Virus record (IMG/VR): IMGVR_UViG_2806310948_000001 | Coordinates: 8,187 to 72,186 of that record | DNA from: a virus | Taxonomy: Duplodnaviria; Caudoviricetes | Direction: 5' to 3' (one strand) | DNA: 64,000 nucleotides | Part shown: positions 49,310 through 57,210 of the stretch, piece by piece | How positions within the stretch are numbered: position 1 is the stretch's first letter | How the letters are laid out: each line of letters opens with the position of its first letter | Program-made: the position numbers and the translations under genes | Notes under the pieces: model-generated | Told to the model about the DNA's origin: nothing | Database searches by the model: none | The model's input: the letters and a program-made list of their open reading frames with translations, nothing else

Positions 49310-50619
49310 AAAGAACAGAACAATATTCCGAAAGGCTGAGCAGATTATATCCTGAGCTGCACGAACCGGTAGGGACAGAAAAGATTCTGACTCAGACCGT
49401 TACATTTCAGGTCACTGATGACTGCAATCTGGCATGCAAGTATTGTTACCAGACACATAAGGGCAAAAAGAAGATGTCGTTTGAAACAGCGAAGAAAATG
49501 GTTGATCTTTTACTGTCTGGAAATAAGGGTGTGGGCGATTACATAAATCCTCAAAAAAGCCCTGGGCTTATCATTGATTTTATTGGTGGGGAACCCCTGC
49601 TGGAGATTGAATTAATTGACCAGATCTGCAGCTACACGATTAACAGGATGATCGAATTAAACCATCCGTGGCTGACGAGAACGATGTTTTCCATATGTTC
49701 GAATGGAGTGTGCTACTTCGAACCGGAAGTACAGAGAGTTTTACAGAAATGGAATCAGCGCCTGTCTTTTTCTGTGACTGTTGACGGAAATAAAGAACTT
49801 CACGATTCCTGCCGGGTATTTCCGGATGGGCAGCCATCTTATGATCTGGCAATTTCAGCGGCGAAAGATTGGGTAAACAAAGGTGGATATATGGGTAGCA
49901 AGGTTACGATAGCTCCTGCAAATGTGATGCATGTGTACGATGCAATTACGCACATGATCAATCTTGGATATAACGAGATCAATGCAAACTGCGTCTACGA
50001 AGAAGGATGGCAGATGATCCATGCAACGGTTTTTTATGACCAGCTGAAGAAGCTTGCAGACTATATCTTGGAACACAATCTTGATATGGAGAATGATTAT
50101 TACATTTCACTGTTCGAGGAAAACTTCTTTCACCCGAAGCAGCCTGACGACCTTGAAAACTGGTGCGGTGGAAATGGCGTAATGCTTGCTGTTGATCCAG
50201 ATGGAATTATCTATCCATGTCTGAGATATATGGAAAGCTCTCTGGCGGGGCAGCAGGAACCATATAGTATAGGAGATGTGGATACAGGAATCTGCCAGAC
50301 GGAATGCGACAGATGCCGCGTAGAATGCTTGAAGAAAATTGACAGGAGAACACAGAGCACAGACGAGTGCTTTAACTGTCCTGTCGCAGAAGGCTGTAGT
50401 TGGTGTACTGCATACAACTATCAGGTGTTCGGTACACCGGATGCAAGAGCAACTTATATTTGCGATATGCACAAAGCACGTGCGCTGGGAAATATTTATT
50501 TCTGGAATCACTATTATGAGAAAAATAATATCGACAAGCATATGGAGAATCATGTACCGGAAGAATGGGCACTTAACATTATCAGCAAACCTGAATGGGA
50601 TATGCTGTGCAGTTTATAA
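49306..50619 (+). CDS. Radical SAM/SPASM peptide maturase (CXXX-repeat target type)
   Basis: CNLACKYC; FIGGEPLL; SPASM-like C-x12-G-x4-C and C-x2-C-x5-C-x2-C-x18-C. Confidence 0.92.
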   Translation: MKRTEQYSERLSRLYPELHEPVGTEKILTQTVTFQVTDDCNLACKYCYQTHKGKKKMSFETAKKMVDLLLSGNKGVGDYINPQKSPGLIIDFIGGEPLLEIELIDQICSYTINRMIELNHPWLTRTMFSICSNGVCYFEPEVQRVLQKWNQRLSFSVTVDGNKELHDSCRVFPDGQPSYDLAISAAKDWVNKGGYMGSKVTIAPANVMHVYDAITHMINLGYNEINANCVYEEGWQMIHATVFYDQLKKLADYILEHNLDMENDYYISLFEENFFHPKQPDDLENWCGGNGVMLAVDPDGIIYPCLRYMESSLAGQQEPYSIGDVDTGICQTECDRCRVECLKKIDRRTQSTDECFNCPVAEGCSWCTAYNYQVFGTPDARATYICDMHKARALGNIYFWNHYYEKNNIDKHMENHVPEEWALNIISKPEWDMLCSL

Positions 50620-50689
50620 CGATTTTCGATATTAAATAACAAAAAGCGATAATATCGGAAAAATGTGGTAAAAAAGAGAGGTGTTTTAA

Positions 50690-51412
50690 ATGATAAAACA
50701 AGAAGTTATCTTTAATGTCAAAAACCTCAAGATTTCAAAAACGGAGAATATTTTCGCAACAGAAGGCATCAAAAATGTGTTTACGGCAGTATTTCAGTTT
50801 CATTCTACGGATTGGGATGGGCTGGCAAAAACAGCTGTGTTTGAAAACGCAGAAGGAACGAAAGAGCCAAAGCTGTTAGAAGAAGACAGATGTGATATCC
50901 CGGATAGCTTTTTTAAGACTTCCGGGGTTTGCTATGTTTCTGTAATGGCAGGAAACTTCATGGTAACAAATAAAGTTGCCATTATCGTAGTCAATGCCGG
51001 CTATACTTCTGGCGATACCGTAGCGGAAGCTAAGAACTACTTTGAACAGATTCTCAGATATTTTGACGCAACAAATATGAATGTCCAGAAATACGGAAAG
51101 CTGGCTGAGAGATTCGCTGTCGGATTGGCAGAAGATCCGGAGAGCCTTATGGATAACGCAAAATATTATGCACATCAGGCAGAACAGGCGGTAATGGGAA
51201 TCCCTGGACAGGTGGAAGATGCGAAGAATGATATCGATGCTTATGTAAAAGAAAAGGAAGCTGATCTGAAAGGCGAGGATGGAAATGTGTGCTTTGTCGA
51301 GTTTCGCATTGAGCCACCTTGCTTGTATATGCGGAATAATCCGGATGAAACAGACATAGAGTTCCGACTAAACGGTTCAAAATTGGAATACAAATGGAGG
51401 GAAAGAGGTTAA
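50690..51412 (+). CDS. BppU-like / tail-fibre-associated protein
   Basis: F.F.STDWDGLAKTAVF...CDIP N-terminal pattern. Confidence 0.6.
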   Translation: MIKQEVIFNVKNLKISKTENIFATEGIKNVFTAVFQFHSTDWDGLAKTAVFENAEGTKEPKLLEEDRCDIPDSFFKTSGVCYVSVMAGNFMVTNKVAIIVVNAGYTSGDTVAEAKNYFEQILRYFDATNMNVQKYGKLAERFAVGLAEDPESLMDNAKYYAHQAEQAVMGIPGQVEDAKNDIDAYVKEKEADLKGEDGNVCFVEFRIEPPCLYMRNNPDETDIEFRLNGSKLEYKWRERG

Positions 51413-53695
51413 ATGGCAAATAGATCAACGGGCAGTGGCCAGTGGACTGACATGGGGAACGTTACACCAAATCCTCGTGGAAGTTATTCTGACGCTGAAA
51501 CATATAAGTATTTAGATATGGTGTCATATGGTGGCGGTTCATATCTCTGCTTGCAGGATGATACAATTGGTGTGCGCCCATCTCCTGGTGAAAGTACAGA
51601 CAGATGGTTCTGTTCTTCGGTGCCAGGAGAAGCAACCCCAGATTTCAAAAACTTAGTGACAGAAACTAAAGAAGCGGCCAGGACAGCAAAAGAAAAAGCA
51701 TCTGAGGCGGAGACAAGTGCAAAGGCTTCAGAAATAAGTGCACAGGCGGCTTCGAACTCAGCCGGAGCAGCAGCAGCTTCGGCCAGAGATGCGGAGAATG
51801 CAAAAGATGTTGTTGCCGGATACAAAAATGCGGCTGAAAAGGCTGCATCATCCGCTGCTACATCTGAGAAAAATGTAAATGATAAAATTGCTGGACTGGA
51901 CAATACGTTTTCTGAAAAGACAACGAGTGCAATAGAAACCATAAACAAATCCGTAGATACAAAAGCGGAGGAGATAAAAAATGAAATAACTGCAACAAAA
52001 AATTCTATGGTGGATGCGTCTCAGAAAGCTATAAACGACACAATCGATGCGAGAAAAACTGAGATCAATAATACAGGTGCATCTGAAATTAAAAATGTAC
52101 AGGCTGAATCAGCAACACAGACACAGGGGATTAAAAGCGTAGCAGCTGAGCAGCTGGCAGCTATTAATGCAGCTGGTGGCACTTTAGAGAGTGCAATTGA
52201 GCGCTACTATGCTATGCGCCGTACGAGAGAAATCTATACGGTAGAAGACCTTGATCCGGATGTTACACAGGCCTGCACGGTAAATCGTTTAGATGCTCTG
52301 TCTGGTCTTACCTGCACACCGTCCACAAATACGACAGCTGGAGAAGACCAAATTGGAACTCTCGAAGCATTCCGCCCGATTGAAGTGAACTGGATCCTCG
52401 ATGATGATGGAAACCAGAAAATTACTGCAATTGAAGGAATGCCGGGATATAAGACGACAGGAAAAGTCAATCGTGGAATCATGAACATGGGACTTTATTA
52501 CAAAAAAGAGCGAAATGCAGAAGATAATGGTTGGCTACATCATTGGTCCATGCTTCCTCGAAAAGAAGAAGGATATGTTCCGATGAAAGAATGTGTTCGT
52601 CCAGACAATACGGTGCAGGGATGGATGCTCCATCCTAAAGGAGCGGCAGTGGATATTGATGGTGTTCCATATGTAACCAACGGAAAACCAGTCAGAAACA
52701 AACCTTCGTATGCAAATTTTGCATATGCACGAAAACAGGGGCCGGCATACTGCTTTGAAACAGATGTGGATGCTGCATGGGTTCTGGCGTTGACAATGAT
52801 TAAGTACGGAACAAAGGACCTGCAGGCCTATATGAGAGGATGCACATCTTACAGTTATCAGTATAATGTTGCGGTTGCTGAAGAGAATACAAAGAGAGTA
52901 ATTCTCACAAAAGATCAGGCGAATGATTTTGTTGTTGGTTCATTTGTTAGTGTTGGAAATCCAGGTTCAAATACGAACTATGATCGATATTATGCTTACA
53001 TGCATAATATCGTTGATAGCGTAAAAATCACGGCGATTGAAGCTGTGGATGAAACACATAGTGCATTGGTACTGGATGTTGCAGTACCTTTTACGACGGA
53101 AACAAGTTACAAGGTAAGTACAATGCATTGGGAGACAGGATCCACTGATTCCGTACAGGGTTACGATGGAAGCCCAGTATCCAATACAGATGGAAAGAAT
53201 ATCTGCAAGATTAATGGCATCGAGATTCTTCCGGGTGGATATTCTGTGTCCGGAAACTCTATGCATATTGTTTCAACAGATGCAGATGGCAATACAGTCG
53301 ATAAGTATTATCGAACCAATAATGCTAAGTTACTGACGACCAATTTAGATACGATCATAAGTACCTATGAAGAAGTGGGTATCTTACCGGAGGCATACGA
53401 TGCATGGAAGTATGTAAAAGGACAGCTTGTGGACTTTGGTAAAGGGACAATGATTCCGACTGAATGGGGAGGAGGCGATAAGGCTTGGTGGGCTGATGCT
53501 TGGTATTGCGGTGGAAAACCTGCGGCTGGAACAAGAACAGGCCGGGAGCTCCTCCGGCGCGGCGGTCTGAACGCTGGCGGCGTGAACGGCCCGTCGTGCG
53601 TGGGTGGCCTCAATGGCCTGGCGGATGCCTGGTGGGGCATCCTCGCGACCCTTTCTCCTAACGCCGTACGGGGTGAATGGCAGGCGGCAGCCTGA
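51413..53695 (+). CDS. Tail fibre / receptor-binding protein, DGR target (C-terminal CLec-type variable region)
   Basis: N-terminal PRGSYSDAETYKYLDMVSYGGGSY, Ala-rich coiled stalk, VR at the 3' end. Confidence 0.88.
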   Translation: MANRSTGSGQWTDMGNVTPNPRGSYSDAETYKYLDMVSYGGGSYLCLQDDTIGVRPSPGESTDRWFCSSVPGEATPDFKNLVTETKEAARTAKEKASEAETSAKASEISAQAASNSAGAAAASARDAENAKDVVAGYKNAAEKAASSAATSEKNVNDKIAGLDNTFSEKTTSAIETINKSVDTKAEEIKNEITATKNSMVDASQKAINDTIDARKTEINNTGASEIKNVQAESATQTQGIKSVAAEQLAAINAAGGTLESAIERYYAMRRTREIYTVEDLDPDVTQACTVNRLDALSGLTCTPSTNTTAGEDQIGTLEAFRPIEVNWILDDDGNQKITAIEGMPGYKTTGKVNRGIMNMGLYYKKERNAEDNGWLHHWSMLPRKEEGYVPMKECVRPDNTVQGWMLHPKGAAVDIDGVPYVTNGKPVRNKPSYANFAYARKQGPAYCFETDVDAAWVLALTMIKYGTKDLQAYMRGCTSYSYQYNVAVAEENTKRVILTKDQANDFVVGSFVSVGNPGSNTNYDRYYAYMHNIVDSVKITAIEAVDETHSALVLDVAVPFTTETSYKVSTMHWETGSTDSVQGYDGSPVSNTDGKNICKINGIEILPGGYSVSGNSMHIVSTDADGNTVDKYYRTNNAKLLTTNLDTIISTYEEVGILPEAYDAWKYVKGQLVDFGKGTMIPTEWGGGDKAWWADAWYCGGKPAAGTRTGRELLRRGGLNAGGVNGPSCVGGLNGLADAWWGILATLSPNAVRGEWQAAA
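53542..53656 (+). repeat. DGR variable repeat (VR)
   Basis: 115 bp, 15 mismatches to TR, all opposite TR adenines. Confidence 0.97.
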
Positions 53696-53713
53696 CAGAG
53701 GGGCTGTCCCCTC
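53678..53713 (+). promoter_or_regulatory. Hairpins downstream of VR (likely DGR retrohoming signal)
   Basis: CAGGC-GGCA-GCCTG (53681-53694) and GAGGGG-CTGT-CCCCTC (53698-53713). Confidence 0.6.
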
Positions 53714-53775
53714 CAATGGCTATAAATGATTTTAAAGTAACTATGAAATAGAATATTTTTAAGGACTTATGAGGT

Positions 53776-53890
53776 CCGGGAGCTCCTCCGGCGCGGCAAT
53801 CTGAACAATGGCGGCATGAACGGCCCGTCGTGCGTGAATGGCAACAATGGCCTGACGAATGCCTGGTGGAACATCCTCGCGACAATTTCT
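53776..53890 (+). ncRNA. DGR template repeat (TR), within a structured RNA of about 53760-54099
   Basis: AAC/AAT-rich copy of VR; flanked by 11-bp inverted repeat CTTATGAGGTC / GACCTCATAAG. Confidence 0.95.
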
Positions 53891-54099
53891 GTGTATAAAA
53901 AATTTGATACTCGACCTCATAAGCCGGCTGAAGAAGCCTATACTTGGGAATACCCGAAATACGTGATAAAAGGCCATTCCTTTCTCATGAAGTAGATTGA
54001 TATCTGCAGAGTGGGAAGGGGAGACTGGCAGGTGCGCTGTCAGCCGGGACTAGTAGACAACCGAAAGTCCCTGAATCACACAGAAAGGAAAATGCCTTT

Positions 54100-55377
54100 A
54101 TGAAGAAATGCTGCAAGAATGTAAATATTTTAGCAGATGATTTTATTGAAGATTCAATTTATGAAGCACTTGACGAAAAATGGAAACGGTCAGATGTGGC
54201 AAAGTATCTGCATGGTCGCACAAGCTCAATGAGTTTGCAGGCTATGAAACGATTGCTTCGGAACACAGACGAAAGAGATCTCATGGTATCTGGTCTGGTC
54301 CATACAGTTGCAGAAAGCCTGCGCTATGAAATCCAGAACCGGTGTTTGAAAGTAGAACCTATTCAATACAGTTGGAGACAAGATGGGGTCAATGGAAAAA
54401 TCCGAGAAATCGGTGTAGAAAGCGTAAAACAGCTGATTTTGGATGAAATAGCCAGTGAAGGTTTGGATGAACTCTGGAGGCGAAAGCTGGGATACCATCA
54501 GTACGCAAGCATTAAGGGAAAAGGACAGCTCGGCGGAAAGAAAGCAATAGAGCACCAGATCCGGAAGAAATACAGCATGTCTCGGTACGCTTGGAAAGGT
54601 GACGTAAAAAAGTGCTATCCATCTGTAGATACCCGCAAGCTAAAAAGAATGCTGGAACATGATGTAAAAAATGAAGTCCTGCTATATCTTGTATATTTCT
54701 TAATAGGAACCTACAAGCAGGGACTTAATATAGGATCAGGATTATCCCAGTTTCTCTGTAATTACTATCTTGCGAAAGCTTATGTGTATGTTCTTGGCTT
54801 ACATAAAGTCAGGAAACACCGTGATGGAGCTACCGAAAGCAAAAGACTTGTATATTTTTGTATCATGTATATGGATGATATTTTGCTCATAGGAGCCCGG
54901 GAAGCTGATGTAAAGAGGGCGGCTCGGGCGTTGGAAAAGTATCTGTTGAAAGAGTACGGACTCACAATAAAACCGGATGCAGACCTATTCCCAATTGATT
55001 ATCGCATCAAAACCGGAAATAAATATGAGAATTACAGAGAAAAGGATAAGGCAGAAAGGCGCGGTAAGCCGATTGATATGATGGGTTATGTAATTTATAG
55101 GGAACATACAGAAATCCGTAATAAGATCTTTCTACGGGCAAGGAAAGCATATTCCGTTGCATGGTACTGTATGAAAAATAAAAAGGAAATCCCGTTACAT
55201 ACCGCCTATAAATGTACAAGTTATTACGGTTGGTTTAAGCATACCGATTCCAAATATGTCAAAGACAAATATAATATTGATGCTGTTTGCGCAGCTGCAA
55301 AAAGGAGGATCAGCAAACATGCAAAAAGCGAAATATATGGAACGTCAGCCAGAAGTGCGCTGGCAGCCTGTCAATAA
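54100..55377 (+). CDS. DGR reverse transcriptase
   Basis: KGDVKKCYPS, GLNIGSGLSQ (DGR-type SQ), YMDD, IDMMGY; directly after TR. Confidence 0.95.
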   Translation: MKKCCKNVNILADDFIEDSIYEALDEKWKRSDVAKYLHGRTSSMSLQAMKRLLRNTDERDLMVSGLVHTVAESLRYEIQNRCLKVEPIQYSWRQDGVNGKIREIGVESVKQLILDEIASEGLDELWRRKLGYHQYASIKGKGQLGGKKAIEHQIRKKYSMSRYAWKGDVKKCYPSVDTRKLKRMLEHDVKNEVLLYLVYFLIGTYKQGLNIGSGLSQFLCNYYLAKAYVYVLGLHKVRKHRDGATESKRLVYFCIMYMDDILLIGAREADVKRAARALEKYLLKEYGLTIKPDADLFPIDYRIKTGNKYENYREKDKAERRGKPIDMMGYVIYREHTEIRNKIFLRARKAYSVAWYCMKNKKEIPLHTAYKCTSYYGWFKHTDSKYVKDKYNIDAVCAAAKRRISKHAKSEIYGTSARSALAACQ

Positions 55378-55663
55378 TGGCATGGTAGATGTCACGCTGT
55401 GCCTGAATGAGCAGAAAGTGACAATTGAACAGGGACAGATGGAAGACTCTGCAAAGCAGATGATGTATGAATATGATTATCACCAGTTCAGGGAGTCTGC
55501 AGATAAGATCAATGAAGAAACGGTAAGAGCGTCCCCTGCGAAGTATATGTCATATGTGCCGGAAGTCGAAAAGAGCTTGGAAGAGCAATTTGAAGAATTG
55601 AAAGCATCAAACGAAATGCTTACAGGATGCGTTCTTGAGATGTCAGAACTGGTATATCAGTAA
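55319..55663 (+). CDS. XkdW-like tail-fibre-associated protein
   Basis: AGGAGG RBS inside RT 3' end; C-terminal LKASNEMLTGCVLEMSELVY. Confidence 0.6.
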   Translation: MQKAKYMERQPEVRWQPVNNGMVDVTLCLNEQKVTIEQGQMEDSAKQMMYEYDYHQFRESADKINEETVRASPAKYMSYVPEVEKSLEEQFEELKASNEMLTGCVLEMSELVYQ

Positions 55664-55719
55664 TGATGAGACTGTTGAGTAACTTTATTATATTATTACA
55701 GAATGATGGAGGAAAAGAA

Positions 55720-55854
55720 ATGATGGCAATGTTATGGGCACAGCAGATTATGCTTGGAAAGAAAACTTATGCAGAGGTACCGAGACTTCTGAAAGCAAAG
55801 GTAAAAGAAATCCTGGAAGATTCCGGAATGGGAGAATTGGCAAAGGAAGAATGA
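55720..55854 (+). CDS. CD1375/XkdX-like small protein
   Basis: QIMLGKKTYAEVPRLLKAKVKEIL. Confidence 0.75.
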   Translation: MMAMLWAQQIMLGKKTYAEVPRLLKAKVKEILEDSGMGELAKEE

Positions 55855-56021
55855 CGAAACTGCAGATAATAAGTAAACAATGGTCATTGATTTATGATCT
55901 TCTGCTACTTAATAAGGGGGCGAGTGAAAGAACCCTTGATGAGATTGAACAGGATATGGATACATTGGAATTTCATTGTAGAAAGTATGTCGAAGCAGAT
56001 GATGAAGAATTGATGTCATAA
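55851..56021 (+). CDS. Hypothetical 56-aa protein
   Basis: ATGA overlap with upstream gene. Confidence 0.5.
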   Translation: MTKLQIISKQWSLIYDLLLLNKGASERTLDEIEQDMDTLEFHCRKYVEADDEELMS

Positions 56022-56048
56022 AAAGGGCCTGAGCAGGCTCTTTTTTTA
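56022..56048 (+). terminator. Intrinsic terminator-like hairpin
   Basis: AGGGCCT-GAGC-AGGCTCT then T run. Confidence 0.55.
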
Positions 56049-56132
56049 ATGGAGGTAAAACTATGTGTAGCCAAAGAAGCCCGCCGTAAGAGCAATATAG
56101 AAGTTTTAGAAATTAAATACGGAGGTATTGAA

Positions 56133-56513
56133 ATGACGTTAAAAGAGATTTTGGAAGCTGGTGGGGGAATCCTTTTTGTTGTTCTTACATTAGTACAGGT
56201 AGCACCAATTAAGGTAAATCCTTGGACAGTATTGGGACGATCAATTGGTCGCGTACTGAACAAAGAAGTCATGGACAAAATCGAGGAGGGAAACGCTAAG
56301 AATGCACGTTACAGAATTATTCGATTTAATGATGAGGTTAAGCATGATGTAAAACATACAGAGGAACATTTTGACCAGATTATTGAAGATATTGATACTT
56401 ATGAAAATTATTGTAGCGATCATCCTCACTTTCCAAATGGAAAAGCAGTTCATTCGATTTCGAATATCAGGAAGATTTATGATAAATGTAGTGACGAACA
56501 TTCTTTTCTGTAA
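56133..56513 (+). CDS. Membrane-anchored lysis-module protein (holin-like)
   Basis: N-terminal TM; PIKVNPW, RYRIIRFNDE, HPHFPNGKA. Confidence 0.65.
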   Translation: MTLKEILEAGGGILFVVLTLVQVAPIKVNPWTVLGRSIGRVLNKEVMDKIEEGNAKNARYRIIRFNDEVKHDVKHTEEHFDQIIEDIDTYENYCSDHPHFPNGKAVHSISNIRKIYDKCSDEHSFL

Positions 56514-56534
56514 ACACTGGAGGCGGCAGGTAAA

Positions 56535-56858
56535 ATGAAAAAAAGATTAAAAAAGATAGTTACGACTGTAAAAAAAGTCGGAACATTGAACCTGGTGCTG
56601 ATGTTTGTCGGCGCTTTTTTTATATGGTTCAACTGGCAGATGATCTTGCTGTACAGGCAGTGCGATAGCATGCCGGAAACATATGCCTGCGCAGTTGTGG
56701 CGGCAACGATTGGAGAGTGCGGCATATGCGGTTGGATCCGAACAAACAAAGACAAACAGCAGGATCGGAAATGGCAGAAACAGGATGAAAAAGAAGGACG
56801 AGAACAAAATGATTCCGACATGAATGTCGGGAACATAGATGAGGAGGATAATTTATGA
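56535..56858 (+). CDS. Two-TM lysis-module protein
   Basis: Two hydrophobic helices, charged tail. Confidence 0.6.
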   Translation: MKKRLKKIVTTVKKVGTLNLVLMFVGAFFIWFNWQMILLYRQCDSMPETYACAVVAATIGECGICGWIRTNKDKQQDRKWQKQDEKEGREQNDSDMNVGNIDEEDNL

Positions 56859-57169
56859 CATTAGAATGCTTTTTATTGTTACTTATGATCGTATCGATTC
56901 TTACAGGGTTATTCACTGAAGGAATCAAGAAGTTGCTTGAAGAGTCGAAAAAAACCTACAAGGCAAATTTCCTTGCAGGAGGAGTGGCTGTAGTTTTATC
57001 AGTGCTCGTAGGAAGCGGATATATTATTTTGATGGATGCGCAGATAAACAGCAAGATGGCAGTATACCTTATTGCGCTGATCCTGCTTTCATGGCTGTCT
57101 GCAATGGTTGGATATGATAAAGTCATTCAGTCACTTGGACAGATCAAACTCCCGAATAAGAATGAGTAG
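56855..57169 (+). CDS. Holin
   Basis: 104 aa with three TM helices, directly before endolysin. Confidence 0.75.
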   Translation: MTLECFLLLLMIVSILTGLFTEGIKKLLEESKKTYKANFLAGGVAVVLSVLVGSGYIILMDAQINSKMAVYLIALILLSWLSAMVGYDKVIQSLGQIKLPNKNE

Positions 57170-57210
57170 TTAGGAGCCTGTTTTAAGGCTCCTTTTTGCG
57201 AGGTGGACTT

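Noticed and set aside
53365-53977. Several overlapping minus-strand ORFs across VR/TR
   Set aside because: By-products of the GC-rich repeat; no RBS or protein-like features
54100-55377. RT as a group II intron, retron or Abi RT
   Set aside because: Adjacent TR/VR pair with adenine-only differences and the SQ motif identify a DGR; no maturase/endonuclease extension or intron boundary seen
55319-55663. Gene after RT as the missing Avd
   Set aside because: Acidic rather than basic, beta-rich N-terminus, and a C-terminal LTGCVLEMSELVY coil typical of genes preceding XkdX/CD1375-like genes in tail-fibre modules
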